DNA from: Folioceros fuciformis
Lineage: Eukaryota
Assembly (NCBI GenBank): GCA_049999805.1
Contig: JBNGIO010006282.1
Location: 126,921-190,920, forward strand
Direction: 5' to 3'
DNA: 64,000 nucleotides
Both the position numbers and the translations under genes were made by a program. Below, piece by piece: positions 13,540-25,308 of this stretch. Below the pieces are notes generated by a model, which searched no databases, had not been told where the DNA came from, and was given only the letters and a program-made list of their open reading frames with translations. Position 1 is the first letter of the stretch, and the number at the start of each line of letters is the position of its first letter.

Positions 13540-13618
13540 CAGGTGGGAGATCGACGTAACCGCAGAGTCCTCAGTTCACCTTGCCAGCCATTGCTTCCGC
13601 TGGCTGAAGGCAGCGGCC

Positions 13619-14060
13619 ATGGATTCTTCCAACCTAAACACGGCTGAGTTTCAGCAATTCCTTGAGGTACATTTCTTACTCCGTTTGCCGTGCGAAGCCT
13701 GCAGACAGCTGGGAACTGCCGTGCTTGTCCTCTTTGTCGTGCCTTGCAAAGTCATCTATTGGCAGCGGCTAGCGGATTACAATCCCTCAAAGTTGCGTGT
13801 CTGCCGGCAGGCGGGTGTCCGAAATCCGCGGTTTTTTGAGAGACGAGTTGTGTGTGTTGCTGCAGCAAGAGAAGAACAGGGCCGCGCTGAACGAGCTGGT
13901 GGCTAAGCTAACAGATGTGTGTTGGGACAAATGCATCACCGCCACGCCTTCTAGCAAATTCAGCTCTGGCGAATCCAGCTGCCTCACCAATTGCGCGCAA
14001 CGGTATCTCGACACCAGCGCCCTCATCGTTCGGAGATTCCAGTCTATGCAGCCGCGGTGA
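13619..14060 (+). CDS. TIM8: Mitochondrial small TIM chaperone Tim8; 2 exons (intron 13667-13865)
   Basis: Spliced product MDSSNLNTAEFQQFLE|QEKNRAALNELVAKLTDVCWDKC...SCLTNCAQRYLDTS with twin CX3C motifs. Confidence 0.93.
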
Positions 14061-14783
14061 TGCGGGCACATTTTCACGGTCGTTCGTCACTGCCGCTGGC
14101 AGCGCCTGTCTTTGAGGTACTGCTCCTGGCGCCATGTTTGCATCACTGAGAACGCACGTCTGGGGACGATTGGGGTCACTTGTGGCTAACGAACTTGCTG
14201 CTTTTCTTTCTTTTGGGGACTAGGTTGGAGAAGGCGAGCAATCTGTGGTTCATTCCCCGTCGTTTAGAGGCTAGGCGTAGGAGTGTTGTATGAACACCGG
14301 CATCTGCATCCATTAATTTGAGCTGAAATTGTTCTTGAAGCGAGCTACAGTAGAGTTTCATGAGGTTGGGCTGGGGCTTGATTCCTCAAAATCTGCGCCA
14401 CTGATGAAGCAGGCTCCATATTTCGCACGACACAATGTCACGCATGTGTCACTCGCTTCGGAAGCTCAACCTCAGTTTATGGACGATGTGGAAGTCTGCT
14501 GTCTAACTAAAGTTATGTACTTCCTGACGCAGAATTAAAAGCAGTGGCAGGCAGAAAGGCACGACTGGATATCAAGTTCTAGACGACGGACGATGCCATT
14601 GGCCGCTGATTATCCTGGCTCATATTTCTCTCTGCATCCTGGCTCTTATTTGTCTCTCGAACCCTAGGCTGTGATTCGTCCACGCAGGTCGAGGAGCCCC
14701 ACGACGACTTCAGCACAGGAGCAACCACTTCAGGCAAGCGCTGAACAAGACCAAGTTCTGAAGACCGTGGCGTTGGCAAAGTT

Positions 14784-15513
14784 ATGGAGGGGGCTGCCAT
14801 GGCGTGCGCGCTGCAGGCTGGTGTGGCCTCGCAATTCCAAGCAGTGGCTGGGCACGCAGCTTCCTTGAGCTCGGCGGAGAGTATGGGCCTGCCGGGTCTT
14901 TCTGTTCCTGCTGCATCTCGACCTTCGGGAGCTGCCAAAAGGTCCCTCCAGGTTCTGGCCATGGCCCCCAAGAAGAAGGTAATTGGCAGCTCTCTCGCCT
15001 TGCGGGGATGTGAATTCATTGGCCCCCGTCGCGGCTCGAAGTTGTCTCACTGCAGTCAGCCCCGCGTGGCAGGTGAACGCGTACGATGACGCATGGAGCA
15101 AGCAGTGGTTCGGAGCTGGGATCTTCGCCGAGAACACAGAAGTTGCTCCGGTGAACATCGTGAAAAACCTGGAGAAGAAGAAGCTGTTGAGCCAGGTGGA
15201 GAAGGCAGGGCTGTTGTCCAAGGCCGAGAGCGCCGGCTTCACGCTCTCCCAAATTGAAAAGCTGGGTCTGCTGTCCAAGGCGGAGAGCCTTGGCCTGCTC
15301 AGTCTGGCGGAGAAGTTGGCTACAAGCAGCCCAGCTGCGCTGGCATCCTTATCATTGCCCCTTGGTGTGGCAGCGATTGCGACCATTGTCCTCGTCCCAG
15401 ATGATACCCAGGTGCTGGTAGTGGCGCAGACCGTTGTGGCTGGCTTGTTGGCGCTCGCCGCTGGAGGATTGTTCGTGGGATCCATTATCTTGAGCGGCCT
15501 GCAAGAGGACTAG
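14784..15513 (+). CDS. DUF1118 thylakoid membrane protein (RIQ-like); intron 14979-15072
   Basis: Transit peptide, then MAPKKK|VNAYDDAWSKQWFGAG, repeated (E)K.GLLSKAE motifs and two TM helices ending GLQED. Confidence 0.88.
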
Positions 15514-15785
15514 CCCAGTCACTGTAACAGTGTGTCTTTTTCTGCCGATTTGTACACTAAAACATCCCAGTTGTATTTGCTTCTCCATTAGCTTAGCCTC
15601 CCTTTTCACTTGGTGGTCATCATTTTTCGTCCTGCGTTCCATACTTGTATCTCTGTTGAGCTGCTGTACATTGCATAGGAAGCCACTTCAGCTGAATTGA
15701 AGGTTCAGTGGTTGAGATAAGAGCAGTGTATTTACAAGAATGCCTTGGGATCTGCCTGGTTTCTCAGTGGCATGCCTTGGTCGTG

Positions 15786-18700
15786 CTACTGGTTCTCCTC
15801 CTGAATCCGTGGCAGAAATGTCTCAAATTGCTGAACCCTTTTACCCGACCAACTCGAGGAAAGAAAGCGTGAGGGAATCATTACGGGCGACGCCAGGAAC
15901 CGGCCAATTGTGAGCCGAGGGAATCTTAACCAAACTAATCTCGGACGCCAGTCATCATCGATTTCGGAGATTGTGCTCACCAGTATTTCTGCCATTTTGG
16001 CTACTTCGGGATTGTGATCCTGAACCGCCAATGCCATCAGTAGTGAGATACAGTGGAAGCATTCAAACAATCAGACTAGGTGCCTGGCACATGTTGAATG
16101 GGTGCAACCACCTGCGATAGATCAAGGATCCGAATCACCACCTGCACACCAGAAGGATTGGGCACCTTTCAATTGTGGGCCGAGACTTTGCAAGTAGTGC
16201 AGACGTCACAAATGCCTCATTCACAAGCAACATGCCTTGGGATCAGCAGTAAGCAGATCCTTGGTTGTTGTCTCAGTAAGCAAGAATTGTCCGAAGGTGT
16301 AAAGCAGCTGCAGTTGGTAAGAGATCAAAGTCAAGAGAAAATCGTTGGTGACATGATGCTTACAGGTGTGTGTTCAACGAGTTGGAACGACCAGGTTACC
16401 TGAAGAGCCAATTCCGTGTCGTGCCGGTTTTCCATGAAGACAACAGACAACTTATGCACCTGCAACATAAAAGGCTACAGTGAGGACAAATTTTAGTTTC
16501 GAGTGACTTCGGTGCGTACATGAGCGAGGTCGACGCGATATCTCACCAAGCCTCCGCGTGAGATTAGAAGAGCAGTCTCCTCGGAACAGATTCCACCGAC
16601 AAAAATCGCAATCTGACGACAAGGGAACGTCAGATGATCGCAATCTCTCCATCACACAAGTTCAAAACCTATTTAAAAATTCTGCCTTCGACACCTCAAG
16701 CAGTAAATCGTCCTCCTTATTGCCCAGTTGAAAGCGAGAATGTAAGAAATGGATCAGGGCAGTCTCGGCCAGTGCAGTGTCAAAGCTTCCTTTGAGCGAA
16801 CTAATGTTGTTCAAAATTCCCAATATCTCCACCTTCAAAAGAAAACGTATCTGTATATTTAGACTTCAAAGGTAGTCCAGGCAAGTTCTATCCACCATTT
16901 TGAGAAAATTACAGCAATAAAAAGTACTGTTACTGATGATACTCTCGGTGGTCTCTCTTTAAAACCTACTTAACTCTCGATTCCTCACAAACCTGAAGCG
17001 AAATGCTGTCTTCAGCTCCTATGAGAAGGCTTACTAAAGCTGGTATGAAGCTGTAATCAGGACAGGTCACAGAGTAGAGGCTCAGATTGTGGCAGCGAGT
17101 TTTAACAACTGCAAAAGGTCAGCATGTGAGCTGAAGGGCTCCGAAACCAAAGATATCAGTAAGAGCAAAAGCGAGACTACTGAAGTAAGTTCAATCTCAT
17201 GCACATGGACCTCAGACGACCTGGAATGCGTGAACTTGGCTTACTCTAACAGGTGCGACTTGATGTCTTCATGTTCACTGATATTTCTTACAACCTGTGC
17301 AAACAGTAGGGTATCACAGTTCACGAGCACCCCGAGAGAAGGAAAGACGTGAAAACCAGTGAAGGGAAGCTGACTTTCAGAAGAAGAGGATCGTTAAAAC
17401 GTATTGCTCGCGTAAGAAGCTGTTTCAGGTCACCGCATTCGCAGCTAAACTGCAGTCAGAAAAGGCATATCAGATAGGGCAACTGCGACGGGCTACACCG
17501 TCCTCCCACCGGGGGTGAGGGGCCATACGGCAGCTGTTTGTGGGGCACAAGTCAAGTTGAGTGACAGTGCAACCAGCTCCCCGGGAATCGCTTTCATTGG
17601 TTGTGCGACAATCAACTGTAAGTAACCCAGCCGCTCAGAAGGGTCTCCACTAGACGTCAAGCTGCTCGCAGTTATCGCATCACAAGAATAGATTGATGCA
17701 AGATGCAGAACGACAGCAGACCTGAGTGTCAGACCTTAAGTGCAATGGAAAGAATGTCTGTCTCTGCAAACTTTACTCGAAATTCAACATCTGTTGATAG
17801 GTTATAGAGCACTCCAAAAACCTGCACCGACGAAATAACTGATTCAGAGGAAGGTGAAGAAGACATTTTTGACAGCCAGCCTTCCACTTCCAGAGACGAA
17901 TTCGTTTCAGGACTACGACCATCCCCGAAGGCCGTTCACAAATGAAAACGCTTCAACATAACAGAGGGATGTACCCACTAGGTGCTCGAGCTTCTTCTCG
18001 TTCAGTACAGCTTCCAAAGTCTGGAGGAATTTACATTTAATCTGTAGAACAAGTCATACCTACGATTGTCACAGCCATGCCATGCCTTCGTCAAACGCTT
18101 AAAGACAAAATCACAGTCCTAAAGGCCTTACCATATCGCTCCTCAGGTCTGCATCAAACGACAAGTTCCAGAGCAATCTAAGCACATCAGTGAGGAGAGT
18201 CTGCAGGGTGAAGTATATACAACGTGCTTGTATCAACATTCGCAAGTTGTGCGAACATAGGCCAAACATAATACGGCATACGGTCATGCTGTCTACAAAT
18301 ACCTCATGTCTGCAAGGTAACAATGCAGAAAGTCTGTATATGATCCCGCATTCCTTCATTTTTTCCTTGTTCTCTTCGAAGATGCTCAGTTTCTTCAGAA
18401 ATTTTACCGTTCTGAAAACGACTACATGCAGAGGGGTTAGGGTCAATGTGGAGACACCACCACCCTTCGAGATGACTTGCTGCTGCAATTAGCAAAAGAA
18501 AACATTGGAGACAGCCAGCGTACATGCTGAGCAGAGAAACATTCTTCCTGTTAAGAAGCTTGCATAGGTTCTCCTGAGCGAGAAAAGCACGTGTTAGCTC
18601 TTGGCTATCCTTTCTCCCTGTTGCTTACTAGGAAGGTGGACCTTTAAGACATGAGTCCAAGTGGACGTACCACAAGCTTGTGCTTCTTCATCTTCTTCTC

Positions 18701-19640
18701 CACAAGGATGTCTTCGGCAATGTTGAAGAGCAGATGAACTGACATATACAGCAATCTCTCCTGCATTAGTTCCAACAGCCTGATGTGCTTACGACAACGA
18801 AGACTAAGATTGGAGAGTTGTTAGGCCAATCTCTAGATCGAGGGCACCAACAGAAACAAAAGCTTCCAGAAAGCAGACAATCATACCTGCTTGCTCATTT
18901 GCACCACGGACGCGGTAGCTGCTACAGATCTCTCTCTTTTGGAGATGCCAGGTTCAGACAAAGAGAATCCTCCTTCAACCTGGTCAGAACCAGTCAAGAC
19001 CTGAAGAAGTCCCGCACCAATCCAGATAAGCCTTGGACTGAGACCTACCGTCCACTGCAACTCCGATCTCTGGACCTCCAGGGCCATTATAGTCAGCGTT
19101 GTCTTCCCAACCTTCTGCTCCAAGAGCATCTGCGAAACAAACACATACGTCACACCCAGAGTACAATCTCCAGTCTACGCCCGAACCGTACCGATCTAGC
19201 GGCCCGAGCGAAAAAACCTGTCACCTGGTGAAACTTTTGGAAGAGCGAAAACATGAAGAATATAGACAGAATGTTGAAGCGAAGACTGAAGCTTTTCCTT
19301 CCCTCCTCTCGCAGCACTCTGGCTATGGCACCCTGCCAGGAACAACCCGACCACAACCGCCTCTCAGCCAGTGAAATCAATCTTGCGTCCGCGCGTCTAG
19401 AATTCCACTACTCACCACAGCACTGCCGTGAGTGGCAAGCGTGTTCAGCCACTCCGTCCTGGTGGCCAAGGTGAAGACAAGCCCGGTAGCCCGGACCTGT
19501 TGAGCCGTACACAGTCATCCGATCAGATGAATGCACATCACCTACCACCAGAAACCTCAACCACACGTTCCCCTCACATCCCGCACCTTGGCATCTATTC
19601 CCTCATACAGATCCGCCAAATACAAATCCAAATCTTTCAT
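15786..19640 (-). CDS. KAP3: Kinesin-associated protein 3 (KAP3/FLA3), non-motor subunit of kinesin-II; many small exons, ends approximate
   Basis: Exons DLYLADLYEG, ARVLREEGRKS, QERLLYVSVHLLFNIAED, FLKKLSIFEENK, LRLLWNLSFDADLRSDM and ISEIDDDW match KAP ARM-repeat signatures. The 5' end may extend upstream. Confidence 0.85.
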
Positions 19641-20244
19641 GGCCGAAAATGAGGAAGCATGCCCGTTCAACACCAGCCACGGATAATCCTCGTTGGACCT
19701 GCACTCTTTCACGCATCTCAACCATGCATTCCTCCACACAACAATCACAGATTCAAGAAACCAGAATTCCAGAATTTCAAATCGCTCCTCCAGAATTCGC
19801 ACCCGACGTGTTCGGACGAAACATATAGTGGCCGCAGTCGATCTCCCATTGCGATGGCACTGTCAAGCACTCCAACACCTCAATGCATGAGTCGAATCGC
19901 GAGATGCAACAGGAACCGATTCCATGGCGCCTGCGGAAATGCAGCCGACTTGTGCCATTTCTCGTTGCCAATGCCGCTGAAGGTTCATTGGACCTCGGAC
20001 TTTGCAGCTGAATAATAACTGCTGGAAAACGCGGCAAAGTCAGGTCGTTAACGCTGCACTTAAAATAAAGCTCGGATATGTACTCTTCGTTATGTTATGT
20101 TATGTTATGTTGGATGTTGAAGTCATCTGGGATCTGCAAGATATTTGTACAGCAATCGGCTACGAGGGATACGAAAGAAGAAGGAAGCGTTGATGCCGAC
20201 GAGCTCGAGGTGAAGGAAGGAAAGGGGAATTCATCGTCTGGAGC

Positions 20245-20859
20245 ATGTCGATTGCTAGTTTAGCGGGCCCTTGCCAGGCATTTGTCTGCAAAGAAGCTTC
20301 CGTGTCCCTTCCCTTTGCAGAGACGACGGGAGGACGATGGGCAGGATGGAGGAATTCCAAGGCAGGGAGGAGGAGGATGGCAGTGTCGGCATTGCAGACT
20401 CCCAAGGGATTCGGACCCGAGAAGAAGGAGAAATCAGGGGGTAAGAAGAGTCCGGGGGAGTTCGAGCGGAGCCAGGAGGAGGGTGAGAAGAAGAGGAGGC
20501 AGCAGCAGCAGCAACAGGATGAGGAGGAAGATGCTGAGCTGGATGCGGTGCCCGAGGTGGTGACCAACCGGATGATGAAGAGGATCGGGCTGACAGTGGG
20601 CTTGCCGACGCTTGTCGGGATTCTGGCATTCCCGCTCTACTATTACGTGAAGGTGGTGCAGAAGGTAGAGGTGCCGGAGTGGCTGCCGCTCATCACTTCC
20701 ATGTTCACCTTCGGGACTGCGGGGTTGGGCATCTCGTACGGGATTCTGTCTGCCAGCTGGGATCCTCAACGGGAAGGGTCCCTGTTGGGATGGAAGGAGG
20801 CCCAAGCCAATTGGCCTGTTCTGTGGGAGAATTTGTCTGGCAACAAGGGGAAAAAGTAG
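20245..20859 (+). CDS. PAM68: PAM68 photosystem II assembly factor (DUF3464), intronless
   Basis: Transit peptide, acidic stretch, VPEVVTNRMMKRIG, two TM helices and SASWDPQREGSLLGWKEA. Confidence 0.9.
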   Translation: MSIASLAGPCQAFVCKEASVSLPFAETTGGRWAGWRNSKAGRRRMAVSALQTPKGFGPEKKEKSGGKKSPGEFERSQEEGEKKRRQQQQQQDEEEDAELDAVPEVVTNRMMKRIGLTVGLPTLVGILAFPLYYYVKVVQKVEVPEWLPLITSMFTFGTAGLGISYGILSASWDPQREGSLLGWKEAQANWPVLWENLSGNKGKK

Positions 20860-21505
20860 TTGTAGATGGCGTGGGCGATATTTGATGTGAACTTCAGGCA
20901 GGCAGCAGCTGGAGATGGAGATGCGGTGGAGATTTTATGACATCTTTTGTTGAAACCGTCATCCTCTTGTTGCATCGTGGATTGGCTGCTCTGAACGTGG
21001 GTTTAGAATTGGTGGGCGAGATTCTCTTCTCTTCTCGGTAGAGGCAGAGGCATCACGGAGGGCAAGTGATGGCACCGCCCTTCTGGGCCCGTTGTATTTG
21101 TACGCGCTCCATAGACATGGTATATAGACAGACAGACATTCTGGTACCCTGCTGTTGCATGTGCGCATAAAAAGGTTGCGTGAGCTCTTGAAAAGTAAGG
21201 AAGGCAAGCTCGCATGGCTCTGCGAGTACGACCATGCTGCCTACCCGATTTTACGATTCAAACATGGAATTCGCCCGAGACGCATGACAGGGCAGCCTCT
21301 CGGGATGTAAACAAACGTGCCAGCCTTGCAAATCGAGGCAGATCGAACGAGTGGCGGGTTGAAGAGGATCGAGGCTATCTCGGCCACGGCGAGTTGGAAG
21401 GGACTTAAAGACGGGAGAAGATTTCAGTGATCCCTCAAAACCCCAGCCAGCGGAAACAAGCCTAAACCCCGGCGACAAAACCTAGTAGAGGCAGGGGGCA
21501 ACACC

Positions 21506-22960
21506 ATGGCAGCGCGGGCGGCGGAGACGGTGACCCAGCAAGCGTTCAGGGAAGTGCTGCATCGAGTCCACCAGGCAACAGCGAGGGCTGGCAGACCGCC
21601 ACATTCGGTACCCAATACCTGCAACGACCCACCCGGCCCTGCAAGCAGGAGAAAGAGGAATGGCAGGAAGCGGCTGATGGGTTTTTATGGGTTTTGCCTG
21701 TTGCAGGTGAGGCTGGTTGCTGTGAGTCAGGCGAAGGCACCATCGCGCATCAGAGAGGTGTATGATCTAGGGCACAGGCAGTTCGGGGAGAAGTTCGCTC
21801 AAGAGCTTCTGGACAAGGCTCAGGCGGTAGGTTCTTCCCAGGGCTGGGATGAGTGAAAGAAAGTCCTGTCTGGAAGGGACGAGGGACGAACTCTTAGAGC
21901 ATGCTTGTGTTTCCGTTTCATGTGCTGTGCAGCTGCCAGAAGACATCCAATGGCACTACGTGGGTACACCGGTGAACCAGAAGCTGAAAGCCATGCTGTG
22001 TGAGTTCCTGCTGCACATTCCTGCCTTTCACCACCTGTGCACTACCTGCTATGTGGAATCATCTGGCCACTGATTAGCTCCTTGTTGAAAATGCATTTCA
22101 GCCGGTGTTCCCAATCTGTACATGGTGGAAGGTGTGGACAGTCCCAGGGTGAGTAGGCGATGAAACGAGGATGTGGGTGGTCGTGAAAAGAGCTGGGACA
22201 GCCTTTTCCCCCTCACTGACATAGCCTCCTGCCTGCAGGTTGCCAACATGCTGAACTGGGCTGTGGGTGCTGTGGGGAGGCATCCTCTGAAGGTTCTCGT
22301 GCAGGTGAACACCAGTGGGGTAAGGGGTAAGTGGCCATCGCGAAGCAGGCAGCCTCCATCTTGTCATCTGATTCTTTGTCTGTCGAGAAGAATCCAGATC
22401 TGAGCAAAGGAGGGGTGGCATGTTTGAGCAGCGCGCTCTGGAGTGTCGCCATCGGAATGCGTCTGGCTGGCTCGGCATGTGCGAATGCAGTGCCCGAATT
22501 TGGAGTTTGCAGGCCTGATGACTCTCGGAATGCCTGAGTACAACGACAGCTACACAGCTACTCCGGAAAGTCTCCAGGTGAAGGGCCGATTTGGTGCCGA
22601 ACTGAGCTTCAGGTCTCAGCCTGGGTGGGCCTAACTTGCGATGTTGCTCGGCAGATGCTGATAAACTGCCGTGAAGCTGTTTGTCAAGCGTTGCGAATGC
22701 CCAGAGAATACTGCGAGCTGTCTATGGGGATGTCTGCAGACTTCGAGCATGCAGTAAGCTGTGTGAAGCAAAGCTTGTGGTGTCGTGTCTGTCTGGTCTT
22801 GTACAAGCTCACGTTTTGATGTGCCTGCATCGTGAACCTGTGGTGAAATATTTTGCAGATAAGTATGGGCAGCACCGGTGTGAGAGTCGGGTTCTCGATT
22901 TTTGGATCTCGTGAATATCCTCCGCTACCAGCCAAGTTCTTGCAATATTTCCAGCAGTAG
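21506..22960 (+). CDS. PLP homeostasis protein (PLPBP/YggS/PROSC) family member, divergent; multi-exon
   Basis: VRLVAVSQAK, YDLGHRQFGE, LPEDIQWHY, LKVLVQVNTSG, CPNLEFAGLMTLG, ELSMGMSADFEHA and MGSTGVRVG.SIFGSREY occur in the family order. Confidence 0.88.
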
Positions 22961-23056
22961 TGGAATACAATTTTTTGAAGTGGCCTGGGGAGCATTTGGA
23001 AGACTGACATCGACTGGGATTTAGTTACGAGACGGAGTCTGGTGTGTTGGACGATT

Positions 23057-23131
23057 ATGTATGTATGTAGGATGGATGGATGGATGGATGGATGGATAGA
23101 TGGATGGATGGATGGATGGATGGATGGATGG
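23057..23131 (+). repeat. Compound (TATG)n/(GGAT)n microsatellite
   Basis: Direct reading: tatgtatgtatgta followed by about 15 ggat units. Confidence 0.95.
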
Positions 23132-23354
23132 GACTACTAGGCTGGGGTCATCGATGAGACTGTGACTATCTACTGCAGGTTTTCTGTACAGAACCAGAAG
23201 GAAGAAAGTTACCTGGGTTAGGTAGGGGGAGAGTTGGCCTGCCTGGAAAACTTGGCTAGTTCTCTTGTGATGTGGGTTCTACGGTCTTGGAGTCGCAGCA
23301 TGTGGCAGGTCTTATCGGGTCCAGATTCTGGCCAAACTGTCCGTGGAACTCTAG

Positions 23355-24944
23355 TCATGTCGGGAGGGCATTGCTCCATTCTTGTTGTCCGTCCTGGTTC
23401 CAGCTGAGCCACATGAGAGCCATACAGGACAGCACAGTGGCACACAGCAGAAGACACCACTTTGAATGTGAGAGGCGGGGATGTCGGGACGCTGGTTGTG
23501 ATTGGATCCGTAACCGAAGCTCCTTCGCGAGGATCTGGAATGCAGTTTCCAGTATATCTGCCTCGTCCCGGCTTATGTCAGAGAGCTGCTCTCTGGCTTC
23601 TTGCTGAGGAGTGTCAACGACTCGTGCTGCGGCTTCCGTGTCCCCTGCGAGCAAGCTGACAGCAAGTCGAACAACCTTCCCCTCAGTCTTCGTCTCATTT
23701 GGTTGCGGGTTTTCCATATTGGGAATGTCGCCACTGTTCTTTCCTTGGTCCTCAAGGCCCTGTAGGATGAGAAGCGTTGCAGTATTGTTACTCCGACTGT
23801 CCCATATGAAGTATATAGCATGTGCGCTTGAGCCCCAGTGTTCTACCTTAGCTGTTTCGTCGTTACCGGTCTTGGTCTCAACAATGTTTGTCGTGCAGAG
23901 GACTGTATCTGAGTTGGACTGATCGAACCAGTACGCCATTAGCTGTCAGTGGACGTGCGTTCTGTCCAAACATCCTTTACCAGAGCGGCGGAAAGGCAGG
24001 TAACGCTTTTCGCACCTTGAGAAAGACGAAGTTTTCCATCTCTGGCGTGTGCCTGTAGACCTCATGGCCCTCGTTGGTTCCTTCCTCCTGTGTAAAAGCA
24101 TTTAGCTTCTAAAATTGTTCGTTTAGAGCTCCGTTGAACTTGCAAGACGGATCGAAAACACGTGTTCAGAGCGGACGAAAGGAGATTGGAGACGAACCTG
24201 GACCGAAGTCAAGTCAATCTCGCCTTTTCCACGACTCGTTTGAGCTTCACAAGACTGCCGAGATAGCTGGATTCGAGGACAGAGCATCACCTCATCCTTC
24301 CTTCCATCATCTACAAGACGTGTCTGCGGTTCCGCCAAACCGGAACAGAGAAGTAAAATACCTACCTCCTTTTCAATGTTGATTTGAGAAATTGCCTCGG
24401 CGTCTGTTGCAGAAACCGTCTCGTCAAGACGTTCCTCAAACAGGTCCACTGTCGAACCGGCTCGCTGCATCGACAAGAGAATCTAACTATCAGGAGTATC
24501 CATTGGAATTACCGAGATAGAAGATTAAATGCTGGAATTGCTGTAGTCTTCGAAGCTTGCGTGAGCAATTCAGGATCAGCCACATCGAAATGGATTTGCA
24601 GTCCACGTATTGCTTGCATGTAATTCAAACGCAGCTACAATCTTGCTCTCAACAGGCCGTAATCCACCTGAATCAGTACCACGTTCCTGCACAGCAAAAC
24701 GGACCTGCTTGGCAGCAGAGAAATCATGCTCTTCCGCAGGCGCCTGCAACTTCGCCTTACCGCCGAGAACGTTAATCGGCAGACTTTGCTCCAGCTCGCT
24801 GCTTGGAGTCTGGCCCTTGCCACCAGCAGGAGCCTTCAGGCCAGAAACCTTGGCCGACGTAGCAGCGTTCTTGCAAGCGGAAGGCGTGAGTCGATGATTC
24901 GACTTCTTGCCGCTGTTTCTCAGATAATTCGTGGAGAAGTCCAT
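23355..24944 (-). CDS. Uncharacterised multi-exon gene with a possible C-terminal hydrophobic segment
   Basis: A chain of minus-strand open segments joined by GT-AG sites (MDFSTNYLRN..., SMQRAGSTVDLFEE...IEKE, VYRHTPEMENFVFLK, LMAYWFDQS...ETAK, GLEDQGK...WCLLLCATVLSCMALMWLSW). No family recognised. Confidence 0.5.
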
Positions 24945-25308
24945 GCTGCTGAAACGGGAACGCGAACGTGAACTTGAACGTGAACTGGAGTAGCGCCAAG
25001 GGAACGCTTAAGCGCGCCGTCGTCGTAGTCTTCGTTTTTCACCATCGCTTCCTCTACTCTCTTAAAATAGATTTAACCGGCGTCGAAATACACATTTGAC
25101 AGGCTGGAAGCGTGCTGCGCGACCATGTCGGCTCCATTGTCTTTGCCCCTCAAGCCTTGTTCGTCCCGATCCGATCTGCGTGCAAGAGCAGAAATCGTGC
25201 AGGAAACGCTGCACTTCTGGAAGCTGGAGCTTGCTTCATCCATCCTGCGAGGAGGCAAGTGACTGCACTGCGAATTGAATCGAGTCCGGGAAGCCTGCAT
25301 TTTGCGCC

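Noticed and set aside
15890..15930. Possible compensating frameshifts hiding a conserved F-x-x-H-N motif at the KAP3 C-terminus
   Set aside because: It needs two ad hoc indels over a few codons and cannot be distinguished from chance without an alignment.
23330..23530. Plus-strand fragments resembling universal stress protein motifs (GSVTE, CSILVVRP)
   Set aside because: Wrong order, no coherent gene, and the minus strand carries the spliced ORF.
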